DNA of 64,000 bases from Perkinsus chesapeaki ATCC PRA-425 (taxonomy: Eukaryota; Protista; Perkinsozoa): contig JAAPAO010000036.1 in NCBI GenBank assembly GCA_013115145.1, positions 50,079-114,078 of the forward strand, written 5' to 3'. The notes beneath the pieces are model-generated. The model was not told where the DNA came from, did no database searches, and saw only the letters and a program-made list of their open reading frames with translations. Below are positions 63,361-64,000 of the stretch, piece after piece (positions within the stretch are counted from its first letter, which is position 1; each line of letters opens with the position of its first letter). Position numbers and translations under genes: made by a program.

Positions 63361-63724
63361 TTTAAATCGCATCGTTATGCTACCGACGCTTAGTGTTCTA
63401 TTCGGGAATGATGTGCAAGTCGATCCAGAGCACACCGATCCAGAACACTGCGAGCAAGAAATACAGGTGCACAAACGGTAGATGGTCAGACTGACCGTCA
63501 GTGTGAATCCAATATCTTTTGGTCATCATTCTTCGATATCCCCCTCCCTCCCCTTCTGTTGGGTTCGCTTCAATTATCCCCTGTTGACTTCCTTCTGCGC
63601 ATAAATATGATGCAACATGGTTTCCGTGTGGTGCTATCAGCTGGTTACAACCAAACTATATATAAGCTGCCTGGATACAACATTTTATACGAAACCGACA
63701 TTTGATGGAGTGCTTGAAGTGGTA

Positions 63725-63813
63725 AAAGTTGAGGCTCAACTTTGCTTTGTCAGTGCTCAGCACTGACTTGGCATTGGCTGGGATGACCTAAACTTTAGGT
63801 CATCCCAGCCAAT
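63725..63813. repeat. Cluster of three perfect palindromes, each with a 1-nt centre, separated by 5-nt linkers
   Basis: aaagttgag-g-ctcaacttt (63725-43), gtcagtgct-c-agcactgac (63749-67), attggctgggatgacctaaa-c-tttaggtcatcccagccaat (63773-813). Confidence 0.95.
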
Positions 63814-64000
63814 TAAACTGAAGACTATGCCGAAGAATGGACACGTCATATTTGGGATCATCTGGAAAGATTATCAATGAGGCAGGAAACACACACTGCA
63901 TTCACTTGTCGAACGCTTCCTTGAAACTACACCTTTTCAATCTCAAATTCGTCAAACAAAAGGGAAAGTTGAATGAACAAAACCAGCTTTTCGTCAAACA

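Overview
Gene-dense eukaryotic DNA (~50% GC, many short GT-AG introns); gene content and intron style suggest a Perkinsus-like alveolate (inference, not a database result). Left half (1-28 kb) is mostly multi-exon housekeeping/structural genes: a His-rich Ni/Co-transporter-like gene, tRNA-Ile(AAT), a ~12 kb gene with SH3, WW-like and many IQ motifs, a 3xCCCH zinc-finger gene, WDR92/DNAAF10 and two coiled-coil genes. At 28.8-37.1 kb is a tandem pair of genes that appear to fuse a secreted temptin-like DSDGDG-x2-NG-x-ELGDPCC domain to a complete ferric-reductase (FRE/NOX) module; this is the most interesting protein architecture here. The right half is an accessory zone: three paralogs of a signal-peptide GNAT acetyltransferase (one intact, two disabled), a pepsin-like protease pseudogene, ERCC6/CSB, a 32-bp tandem array, a tyrosine-recombinase element (low-complexity ORF1 - YR - decayed RT-like) and a 5'-truncated LINE. 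The right half also holds several perfect short-spacer palindromes (arms of 12-31 bp, plus a triple-hairpin cluster). In one GNAT paralog these can be shown, by comparison with its sister copies, to be templated inverted insertions. Multi-exon gene ends were inferred by eye and some are approximate.
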